DNA from: Aulosira sp. ZfuVER01
GTDB taxonomy: Bacteria > Cyanobacteriota > Cyanobacteriia > Cyanobacteriales > Nostocaceae
DNA length: 64,000 nt
Assembly (NCBI GenBank): GCA_034530615.2
Contig: JAVRCV020000023.1
Coordinates: 35,173 to 99,172, forward strand
Direction: 5' to 3'
The translations under genes were made by a program, and so were the position numbers. Positions 21,616 to 30,241 of this stretch are shown piece by piece; within the stretch, counting starts at the first letter, position 1, and every line of letters starts with the position of its first letter. The notes beneath the pieces were generated by a model. It was not told the origin of the DNA. It ran no database searches and saw nothing but the letters and a program-made list of their open reading frames with translations.

Positions 21616-22419
21616 ATGGGACAAATCATTACACAGGTGGATGCTTTCACCAATACACCATTTGCAGGTAATCCGGCTGCTGTTTGCATTTTACCTGCTC
21701 CCCAAAGCGATCGCTGGATGCAAAATGTAGCGCAGGAGATGAATTTATCGGAGACGGCTTTTCTCGTCAAACAAGATGATGGCTTTAATTTGCGCTGGTT
21801 TACCCCAACGGTGGAAGTACCCCTTTGTGGTCATGCAACCTTAGCTAGCGCCCATGTACTCTGGTCTGAGGCGCATTTGTTACCAGATGAAATTGCCCGT
21901 TTCTATACTAAAAGCGGTGTGTTGATTGCCAAAAAGCAAGTTAACTGGATTGAGTTAGATTTTCCTGTCAATCATTCACAAGCCACTGTTGCACCCCAAG
22001 AACTGAGTCAAGCTTTGGGTGTAGAGTGTAAATCTGTGTTTCAGAATTCCCTCGGCTATTTAGTAGAGGTAGAGTCTGAGGATTTGGTGCGACAAATGCA
22101 GCCCAATTTTCAACAACTGAGAACTTTGCCTGTTCCTGATGTAATTGTTACTAGCGTTGCTAAACCTGATTCTGAGTACGATTTTGTTTCTCGCTTTTTT
22201 GCGCCAGGATTAGGTATTAATGAAGATCCGGTGACTGGTGCGGCTCATTGCTGTCTTGCTCCTTTTTGGCGCGATCGCTTGGGTAAGGATGAGTTCTTGG
22301 CTTATCAAGCATCCAGCCGTGGCGGAGTGGTGAAGGTGCGGTATGCGGGAGGCGATCGCGTCTTTTTAGCCGGACAAGCTGTTACTGTTTTACGCGGGGA
22401 ATTAATTATCAAGCAATAG
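21616..22419 (+). CDS. PhzF family epimerase/isomerase
   Basis: QVDAFT..GNPAAV, SETAF, LCGHATLA, EDPVTGAAH. Confidence 0.9.
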   Translation: MGQIITQVDAFTNTPFAGNPAAVCILPAPQSDRWMQNVAQEMNLSETAFLVKQDDGFNLRWFTPTVEVPLCGHATLASAHVLWSEAHLLPDEIARFYTKSGVLIAKKQVNWIELDFPVNHSQATVAPQELSQALGVECKSVFQNSLGYLVEVESEDLVRQMQPNFQQLRTLPVPDVIVTSVAKPDSEYDFVSRFFAPGLGINEDPVTGAAHCCLAPFWRDRLGKDEFLAYQASSRGGVVKVRYAGGDRVFLAGQAVTVLRGELIIKQ

Positions 22420-22435
22420 ACATCCGATCTGATTT

Positions 22436-23383
22436 GTGAAAAATAATTTTGTTAAACGAACCACGAAGGACACGAAGAGCGCGAGGAATCAGAAAATTAA
22501 TGAGCGCGAAGGCTTGAGTTGTAAAAATACTCAATTGCAATTATTTTATTCTCATGAAAATGGTGAACTCTGGCAGGGAAATGCAATTGAGTGGCTACGT
22601 AATTTAGATACAGAGTCAGTTGATTTAGCGATTGCCGATCCTCCATATAATATCAAAAAAGCCGAGTGGGATACTTTTGAATCTCAAGCAGCTTATGTTG
22701 AATGGTCTTTAGAGTGGATTGAGCAAGTAGCCCGTATTCTTAAACATACGGGAAGTTTTTATATTTGTGGTTTCTCGGAAATATTAGCTGATATAAAATT
22801 ACCTGCTTCTCGTTTTTTTAAAGGGTGTCGTTGGCTCATTTGGCATTACAAGAACAAGGCCAATTTGTCAAATGATTGGGGACGATCCCATGAAAGTATT
22901 TTACATTTCCGCAAATCCAAAAATTTCTATATGGATATAGAAAATGTCAGAATATTATATGGAGAACATACTTTAAAATATCCTTCACATCCACAAGCTA
23001 TTACCAGTCAGTATGGAAGTAATGGCAAGACATGGAATCCCAACTCAAAGGGAGCTAAACCAAGGGATGTGATCGAAATTCCTACAACTTGTAATGGAAT
23101 GCATGAAAAGACTAAACATCCTACACAGAAGCCAGAAGAACTGATAAGAAAATTTATTCTCGCTTCATCCAAACGCCAGGATATTGTCATTGACCCTTTT
23201 TTAGGTTCAGGAACTACAGCTGTAACTGCTGAACAATTAGGCAGAAGATGGTTAGGATGTGATATTAATTCTGACTATTTAGAGTTAGCAGTTCAACGGA
23301 TCAAGAATGCCGATCGCATGAGCGATGAAGAATGGTTTTGGTTCGATAGAAAAAATGAAGAACGGAGAAAAAGAATTAGGTAA
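22436..23383 (+). CDS. DNA amino-methyltransferase, beta class (N6A/N4C); start uncertain
   Basis: DPPY motif IV precedes HPTQKP and DPFLGSGTT motif I. Confidence 0.9.
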   Translation: MKNNFVKRTTKDTKSARNQKINEREGLSCKNTQLQLFYSHENGELWQGNAIEWLRNLDTESVDLAIADPPYNIKKAEWDTFESQAAYVEWSLEWIEQVARILKHTGSFYICGFSEILADIKLPASRFFKGCRWLIWHYKNKANLSNDWGRSHESILHFRKSKNFYMDIENVRILYGEHTLKYPSHPQAITSQYGSNGKTWNPNSKGAKPRDVIEIPTTCNGMHEKTKHPTQKPEELIRKFILASSKRQDIVIDPFLGSGTTAVTAEQLGRRWLGCDINSDYLELAVQRIKNADRMSDEEWFWFDRKNEERRKRIR

Positions 23384-23539
23384 AAAGGCAATCATTGAAG
23401 TAGAAGTAGGGTGTGTTATGCCGAAAGGCTAACGCACCTTGAATTATTTATGCTCTGGTGCGTTACTGCCGTCTGCCTTCAGTAACTAAAATTATTCTGT
23501 TGCACAATAGTTAAAGAAGCCCTTATTTAATTTACAAAA

Positions 23540-23977
23540 ATGCCTCCTAAACAAACAGTTAGTAGAAACTCCATTCAAGCCTGTGACTGGCCGATTGAAC
23601 AACTACCCGGATTGAGCCAAGAAGAACTATCCCGATTGCAAAATTGTGGAATTACAACCACAGGCGCACTAGTTAAACAAGGGAAAACCCTAGAGGACAA
23701 AGTGGCGTTAGCTAATAAATTACAAGTTCATCTTCAGTATGTAAACAAATGGGTAGCTTTGGCAGATTTAGCACGAATTCCCACTGTAGGGACGCAATAT
23801 TGTGGTTTATTGTTACACGCTGGTATTGGTTCTGTAGCGCAATTGGCTCAGGTTCCCGCGCACCGATTACACCAACAAATTTTACGCTTGCAGGTAGCAA
23901 CCATGCAGCGACGAGATTTGTGTCCGGCGATTGAATTAGTACAGCAGTGGAGTTACCAAGCGCGACAAATAAGTTAA
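23540..23977 (+). CDS. DUF4332-like helix-hairpin-helix protein
   Basis: IEQLPGL, KWVALADLARIP, GLLLHAGI. Confidence 0.75.
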   Translation: MPPKQTVSRNSIQACDWPIEQLPGLSQEELSRLQNCGITTTGALVKQGKTLEDKVALANKLQVHLQYVNKWVALADLARIPTVGTQYCGLLLHAGIGSVAQLAQVPAHRLHQQILRLQVATMQRRDLCPAIELVQQWSYQARQIS

Positions 23978-23987
23978 AAGTCTAATT

Positions 23988-24015
23988 TTTTGAATTTTGA
24001 ATTTTGAATTTTGAA
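23988..24015 (+). repeat. STRR (TTTTGAA)x4
   Basis: Tandem heptamers between convergent genes. Confidence 0.85.
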
Positions 24016-24019
24016 TTTT

Positions 24020-24634
24020 TTATTCTTTCGCTAAAACTCCATTCAGAAAGATATCAGCCAGTCCTTCTGCCATCTGCTGCATTTCTTGGGGGGAAGCGTC
24101 GGGTTCCATGAGGGTATTGTTGGAAAAACCTGCGATCGCAAACATTCCCAAGAATACCTTAGCAACTAATTTGGCATCCATTTGCCGATAAATGCCTTTA
24201 TCCATAGCAGTTTGGAAGAAAGCCTCGGCCACATCGGTCATTTTATTAATCACATCTGATTGAATGCGATCGCGCAAGTCTGGATGAAACTGCACTTCCA
24301 TAAAGCAAACGCGCATCAAATCGACGTTTTTTTGGAAATTCCACATCCGGCGGCGCATCACCTGGGCTACAGCCTTATAACTACCCATTTCGCTCAGTTC
24401 TGTCAGCAAATCAGTGAGAATATCTACCCAACCACTAGTTGCCACTTCTACCAAAATCGCCTTTTTATTGGGAAAATGGCGAAATAAAGTGCCCTCAGCT
24501 ACCCCGGCGGCCTGTGCTAAGTCGCGGGTTGTAGTACCATCAAAACCTTGAGAGGCAAACAATTTTTGCGCCGCTTGTAAAATGCGGGTACGTGTCTGCG
24601 CCTCTGAGGGGGGAGGAGAATTAAAAACTCGCAT
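24020..24634 (-). CDS. TetR family transcriptional regulator
   Basis: GFDGTTTRDLAQAAGVAEGTLFRHFPNK. Confidence 0.95.
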   Translation of the reverse strand: MRVFNSPPPSEAQTRTRILQAAQKLFASQGFDGTTTRDLAQAAGVAEGTLFRHFPNKKAILVEVATSGWVDILTDLLTELSEMGSYKAVAQVMRRRMWNFQKNVDLMRVCFMEVQFHPDLRDRIQSDVINKMTDVAEAFFQTAMDKGIYRQMDAKLVAKVFLGMFAIAGFSNNTLMEPDASPQEMQQMAEGLADIFLNGVLAKE

Positions 24635-24888
24635 AGTAGTTATTGGGAGATCTCCGGAACACGACTTGTAGCATTATTGTCTAACGTTCAGTACAAAAAG
24701 CACAGAAAGCTTAATACAAGATTAACGCTCTGTTTCTCAATTTGCCCGTTTTTGAAGTATTAAACAATTCGTAATTATGTTTTGTAACGGGAACTGTTTA
24801 TATAAATCAGGGTATCAATCCCTATTGAATGACGAATTACGAATTACTAATTACGAATTATGATGAAACTTTACTTTATTTGCTGCTT

Positions 24889-26508
24889 ATGAATCAGCCC
24901 AATTGCTTGCAAGCAATTTTATCTTCGTCAAAGAAGGTATCTATGATCCTTTATCGGTTGTTTGTGACTTTGTTAGCCCTAACAATGCTCTGGTGTGGTT
25001 TACTACCAGAAGTCGCTCTAGCTCAGACTCAAACAGCACCTCCTGCTCAAAGAGTGCTGTCACCTAGCAAAACTCCGACTTCGATTCAACCTTATCTGGA
25101 TCGAGTGATTAAGCAGTTGACAGAGTTTCGCTTAGACAATGGTTTGAAGTTCATTGTTTTAGAACGGCATCAAGCACCTGTAGTTTCTTTTCTGACTTAT
25201 GCTGATGTGGGTGGAGTGGATGAGCCAGATGGCAAAACTGGTGTAGCACACTTTCTAGAACATTTAGCTTTCAAAGGTACAAAGCGCATTGGTACAAAAG
25301 ACTACAATGCAGAAAAACCACTGCTAGAAAGACTACAACAGTTAGATGCTCAAATTAAAGCAGCAAAAGCAAGTGGCAAAAAAGATGAAATTGCTAAATT
25401 GCAAGCTGAGTTTGAGCGAGTGGAATTAGAAGCAGCCAAGCTAGTTCAGCAAAATGAAATGGGGCGAATTGTTGAACAAGCTGGAGGCGTGGGTTTAAAT
25501 GCCAATACTTCTACGGAAGCGACTCGTTATTTTTATAGCTTTCCGGCAAATAAGTTGGAACTGTGGATGTCGCTAGAATCAGAGCGATTTCTCGAACCTG
25601 TGTTTCGCGAGTTTTATAAAGAAAAAGAGGTGATTTTAGAAGAACGGCGTTTGCGGGTGGAGAATTCACCCATCGGCTTGATGCTCGAGAAATTTATCGA
25701 TGCGGCTTATAAAGTTCATCCCTACAAGCGTCCGGTGATTGGTTATGACCAAGATATCCGCAACCTCACCCCGGGCGATGTGCAAAAGTTTTTTAACAAT
25801 TATTATGTACCCAGCAATTTAGCGATCGCTATTGTGGGTGATGTTAACCCAACTGAGGTCAAAAGGCTGGCGCAAACCTACTTTGGACGCTTTCCCACAA
25901 AAACAAAAGCTGTTGAGCAAATCTCCACAGAACCGCAACAAAAACAAACACGAGAAGTTACTTTACAGCTACCTTCCCAACCTTGGTATTTAGAAGGTTA
26001 TCACCGTCCAGCAATTACCCATCCAGATAATGCTGTATATGAAATTATTGGCAGTTTATTGAGTAACGGACGCACATCGCGGTTGTATAAATCTTTGGTA
26101 GAAAAGCAGCAGTTAGCCTTGAATGCCCAAGGTTTTAGTGGATTTCCCGGAGATAAATACCCAAATCTGATGCTATTTTATGCGCTCACTGCTCCCGGAC
26201 ATACAGTTGATGAGTTGGCGGTGGCTTTGCGTCAGGAAATTGACAAATTGAAAACTGAGCCTGTAACAGATACGGAATTGCAGCGTGTGAAAACCCAAGC
26301 AAGAGCAGGTTTGTTACGTAGTCTCGATTCCAATATGGGGATGGCGCAGCAATTGTTGGAATATGAGGTGAAAACTGGCTCTTGGCGAAATTTGTTTAAG
26401 CAGTTGGATGAAATTGCGGCAGTGACGACTGCTGATATTCAGCGAGTGGCAAAGGCATCGTTTACAGCAGAAAATCGCACGATTGGCAAGTTGTTGTCTA
26501 AGGGATAA
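24889..26508 (+). CDS. M16B peptidase, catalytic subunit (secreted)
   Basis: HFLEH inverted zinc motif, NANT, EERR; signal-like N-terminus. Confidence 0.9.
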   Translation: MNQPNCLQAILSSSKKVSMILYRLFVTLLALTMLWCGLLPEVALAQTQTAPPAQRVLSPSKTPTSIQPYLDRVIKQLTEFRLDNGLKFIVLERHQAPVVSFLTYADVGGVDEPDGKTGVAHFLEHLAFKGTKRIGTKDYNAEKPLLERLQQLDAQIKAAKASGKKDEIAKLQAEFERVELEAAKLVQQNEMGRIVEQAGGVGLNANTSTEATRYFYSFPANKLELWMSLESERFLEPVFREFYKEKEVILEERRLRVENSPIGLMLEKFIDAAYKVHPYKRPVIGYDQDIRNLTPGDVQKFFNNYYVPSNLAIAIVGDVNPTEVKRLAQTYFGRFPTKTKAVEQISTEPQQKQTREVTLQLPSQPWYLEGYHRPAITHPDNAVYEIIGSLLSNGRTSRLYKSLVEKQQLALNAQGFSGFPGDKYPNLMLFYALTAPGHTVDELAVALRQEIDKLKTEPVTDTELQRVKTQARAGLLRSLDSNMGMAQQLLEYEVKTGSWRNLFKQLDEIAAVTTADIQRVAKASFTAENRTIGKLLSKG

Positions 26509-26548
26509 CGAACCGCTAAGAACGCAAAGGACGCGAAGGGAACAGAGT

Positions 26549-28081
26549 ATGCAGCAGTATCAGAGTAAAAGGCAGATGTTATTCAGAATCCAAAATCCAA
26601 AATCTAAAATCCAAAATCGGCAGAGGCTGATTTATGCTTTGGTTGGTGCTTTTGCCTTTTTACTTTTAACTTTTAATTTTTCTGGTGCAGCGACAGCAGC
26701 AGCCAAGCATTACACTGAGTTGCAATTACCAGCGTTACCAGAGGTGAAGTTACCCAAGTATGAGCGCTTCACACTGCAAAATGGCATGGTTGTCTATTTG
26801 ATGGAAGATCATGAGCTACCGCTCGTAGGTGGTACAGCGTTGGTACGTACTGGAAGTCGCCTGGAACCAGCAGATAAAGTTGGCTTGGCTGAGTTTACAG
26901 GCGAGGTAATGCGGACTGGAGGGACGAAGCAGCATTCGGCTGATGAACTCAACGAAATGTTGGAACAACGGGCTGCTTCGGTGGAAACTGGTATTGGTGA
27001 AACCTCTGGTAGTGCTAGCTTTGAGGCACTGACTGAGGATTTAGACACGGTGTTTGAGCTATTTACTGAAGTGCTACGGGAGCCAGTATTTGCTCAAGAA
27101 AAGTTGGATTTAGCCAAGACGCAGGAGAAGGGTAGTATTGCCCGTCGCAATGATAATCCCAATTCTATAGCTGGTCGAGAATTTCGTAAATTAATCTATG
27201 GGAAAGATAGCCCCTATGCTCGCACAACAGAATATGCTTCTGTAGAAAATATTTCCCGTGCAGATTTAATCAAGTTTTATCAGCAATATTTCTACCCCAA
27301 TAATATAATTTTGGGGATTTTGGGAGATTTTGATGCGAAGAAAATGCGATCGCTCATTCAAGCTAAGTTAGGCGATTGGCAACCGAACCCCAAACTGGCT
27401 AAACTCCCATTACCACAAGTTTCCCAAGCCAAAGCTGGCGGTGTGTTTTTTGTTAATCAACCGCAATTGACTCAAAGTAATATTTACATTGGGCATTTAG
27501 GCGGAAAATTCGACAATCCCGATTATGCAGCCTTGGATGTGTTGAATGGCGTGTTAAATGGATTTGGCGGACGCTTGTTTAATGAAGTGCGATCGCGTCA
27601 AGGTTTAGCTTATTCAGTATACGGTCAATGGAGTCCCCGCTACGATTATCCCGGAATGTTCATTGCTGGAGGACAAACGCGATCGCAAACTACTGTGCAG
27701 TTTGTCAAAGCCTTACAAGCTGAAATTAAGCGCATCCAAACTCAAAGAGTTACAGCCAAAGAACTAGCTTTTGCTAAAGAATCTACACTAAATTCCTTTG
27801 TTTTCAATTTTGAAGACCCTAACCAAACTATCTCACGGTTGATGCGATACGAATATTACGGCTATCCTGCTGATTTCTTATTTCGCTATCAAAAAGCCGT
27901 AGCAGCTACAACAGCAGCTGATGTCCAGCGAGTAGCAAAACAATACCTCAAACCAGAAAATATCGTAACTCTGGTTGTCGGAAATCAAACAGCAATTCAA
28001 CCACCTTTGACACAGCTAGCAACACAGGTAACGCCCATAGATGTGACTATTCCCCCTGCACAACCACAGGCAAAAAATTAA
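26549..28081 (+). CDS. M16B peptidase, non-catalytic partner subunit
   Basis: M16 fold motifs (RLFNEVRSRQGLAY); no HxxEH; signal peptide. Confidence 0.85.
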   Translation: MQQYQSKRQMLFRIQNPKSKIQNRQRLIYALVGAFAFLLLTFNFSGAATAAAKHYTELQLPALPEVKLPKYERFTLQNGMVVYLMEDHELPLVGGTALVRTGSRLEPADKVGLAEFTGEVMRTGGTKQHSADELNEMLEQRAASVETGIGETSGSASFEALTEDLDTVFELFTEVLREPVFAQEKLDLAKTQEKGSIARRNDNPNSIAGREFRKLIYGKDSPYARTTEYASVENISRADLIKFYQQYFYPNNIILGILGDFDAKKMRSLIQAKLGDWQPNPKLAKLPLPQVSQAKAGGVFFVNQPQLTQSNIYIGHLGGKFDNPDYAALDVLNGVLNGFGGRLFNEVRSRQGLAYSVYGQWSPRYDYPGMFIAGGQTRSQTTVQFVKALQAEIKRIQTQRVTAKELAFAKESTLNSFVFNFEDPNQTISRLMRYEYYGYPADFLFRYQKAVAATTAADVQRVAKQYLKPENIVTLVVGNQTAIQPPLTQLATQVTPIDVTIPPAQPQAKN

Positions 28082-28536
28082 TTTCTATAACTTTTCTCTA
28101 AACAGTTGTAGTCAAATTATCTGTAGAGACGCCATAAAATGCGTCTCTATTTTTTATTGATTTACATTTTGATGAAGATGTAATAGCAATTCTCTAAAAT
28201 TCAGCAACAGATTCAAACCCTAGAGCCTAGATTCTGTAGTACTTTCATAATTACGAATTACGAATTACGAATTGGTATAACTATCAACCCTTGCAATTCC
28301 ACAAAGAATTCGGCAGTTAGCACATGGGGTTGTCCTGACCTAAGCGACTATGTACTATACAAAAGTCAGCAGATCGAAAAATTCCACGAGCGATCGCAAA
28401 CCTTTTGGTTCTACTGATAATTTAGATCTACTTCCACCTATGTCTTGGAGATTCCCGTCACGTAGACGCGCAGCAGCTTCCCGTAAGGGTAAGCAAAGTG
28501 GCGTTAGCATCTGCGTTAGGAGAAGGAGCTTCACCC

Positions 28537-28582
28537 AAAAAGCACTTGATTGCCCTTCTTCAAGGGGTGGGCAATCAAGCGC
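28537..28582 (-). terminator. Terminator hairpin ending the small-peptide cluster
   Basis: CTTGATTGCCC/GGGCAATCAAG stem followed by TTTTT on the minus strand. Confidence 0.6.
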
Positions 28583-28613
28583 CGACTTTCTGTAAAGTGC
28601 TGACTACAAGCTG

Positions 28614-28946
28614 TTAATGGTTTGGTCGATCAATCGCTGTTATCTTAACAGTCTCATAAGCAGAGTTTGTTCCCTTTCCAGATTTAGTTTTTACCTTGAC
28701 TTTATCAAAGCCTTCGTAGTAATAATCCACATCAGCATAAGGATCGTCACCAATCGCCAGAGCCGTTCCTGTACCCTTTGCTTTTGTAACTTTACCTTTA
28801 GTTTTTAGATCGATGTCTGTATCAGTCAAAGTGTAAGTTGAATCTCCTTTGGCAGATGCGTCGGCAGTTATGGTCAATGACGCGCCACCCAAAATCAACT
28901 CGTTGTCTGAAGTATTCTCTAAATACGACAAGTCTGCAATCTTCAT
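28614..28946 (-). CDS. Double-glycine leader secreted small protein (beta-rich)
   Basis: MKIADLSYLENTSDNELILGG then ASLTITADASAKGDSTYT. Confidence 0.75.
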   Translation of the reverse strand: MKIADLSYLENTSDNELILGGASLTITADASAKGDSTYTLTDTDIDLKTKGKVTKAKGTGTALAIGDDPYADVDYYYEGFDKVKVKTKSGKGTNSAYETVKITAIDRPNH

Positions 28947-29186
28947 AAGAATCAACCTTCTTGTTTTCAATTATTTGATGCTTATCGAGTTCGCTAGAAA
29001 CTTAAGTTTCACAGCCACAATGGAGTGATAACAATTCAAAATTAAGAAAGCCAAATTTAATCTATGTTTTAAGCTTTGCATTTGTTACTTAATTTTGGCG
29101 AATTGGTATGAGTGTTTTAGGACTTATGAAGCACTAAAGTGCTTACTAAGATTTTTCTAAAGGTGAAAGTTCAAAATTTAATTTAC

Positions 29187-29528
29187 TTACTCATAAATTG
29201 AACCACCGTTTTCATGCAAAGCTTTTGTGTAAACTCCACCACCGTTTTCAAACCAAGCTTTCGTGTAAACAGGAGGCTTAGGAGGCTTAGGTAAAGGCTT
29301 GGGCGAAGGTTCGCCGCCACTTTCACTTCCTGGACAAGGAGCAGAGATGCACACTATCTCACCAGGATGATCGTGACCCCCTTCTTCACCTAACGCCAAA
29401 GTAGTAACCTCAGGGGCTTTTCCTCCTCCGATTTCAGCAGCCTCTTCATCTGTTAACTGCTTTCCAACGTCTAGGTTTAAGTCTTCTAGATCGGAAATAT
29501 CCAGAGCAAAAGGATGATTTAGATTCAT
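29187..29528 (-). CDS. Double-glycine leader precursor with TTxxxxEE (plesiocin-like) core repeats
   Basis: LDISDL...EEAAEIGGG leader; VTTLALGEEGG, VYTKAWFENGG, VYTKALHENGG. Confidence 0.75.
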   Translation of the reverse strand: MNLNHPFALDISDLEDLNLDVGKQLTDEEAAEIGGGKAPEVTTLALGEEGGHDHPGEIVCISAPCPGSESGGEPSPKPLPKPPKPPVYTKAWFENGGGVYTKALHENGGSIYE

Positions 29529-29628
29529 AAAAAACTCCTAATTTTTATCAACACTGGAGGGAATCTATCAAGTCTGCAAGACCCTAACGGCTCGCTCTGA
29601 TAGGGTGGAGGTACAAGATATGAGTTAC

Positions 29629-29817
29629 CTAATCAGCGCCAGAAATATTACTAGTACAGGATTTTGAAGAGCTATGAGCAGATGAGATGTTTACACAAAC
29701 ACATTGACTCATCTCATTTTGCTCGTCGCCAGATGCTTTGACAAAATTTTTGGCTTCGGCTAAAATTCTTCCATCCTGTGAAACTATCCATTTAGCTACA
29801 ACTTGATAGCGAGCCAT
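29629..29817 (-). CDS. Small Ser-rich protein, paralogue of 32390-32641
   Basis: MARYQVVAKWIVSQDGRILAEAK aligns with MNYQKMVIKRIVAPDGKVIAESK. Confidence 0.65.
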   Translation of the reverse strand: MARYQVVAKWIVSQDGRILAEAKNFVKASGDEQNEMSQCVCVNISSAHSSSKSCTSNISGAD

Positions 29818-30241
29818 GAGCTTCCTACCTAACACTGTTTATTGGAAAAATTAAACGAGTTAGAGGAAGGACAAAGGAGACTAGGGATAAGGGCTGTCAA
29901 ACACCTTCTATCTATGACCTGATGTTTCAAATGGAAAATGGGAAGTTCTCCCGGGAATTACTAACTTATTTTTGGGAATTTTAATGATGAGCAATTAGTT
30001 TTTAATTGCTCATATTTACTATATAGCTTTTGTGTTTAATAATCAATTTTTTTGAGTTTTTAATTAATGAGTATATTTAATATATTAGAAGCTAAAAAAA
30101 TAGATTTACATCATAGAAATTATAGATACACAAAGAATCTGGATAATAGTTACTAACTTTTATCATCCAGATTTAAAAGGGCTATATTTTATTTTTGAGA
30201 ACGTCGAATGCATCTATAAATTCAGGGCTACTACAGTGAGA

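Noticed and set aside
24889..28081. M16 peptidase pair as maturation proteases of the peptide cluster
   Set aside because: Common cyanobacterial pair with its own context; proximity alone is insufficient
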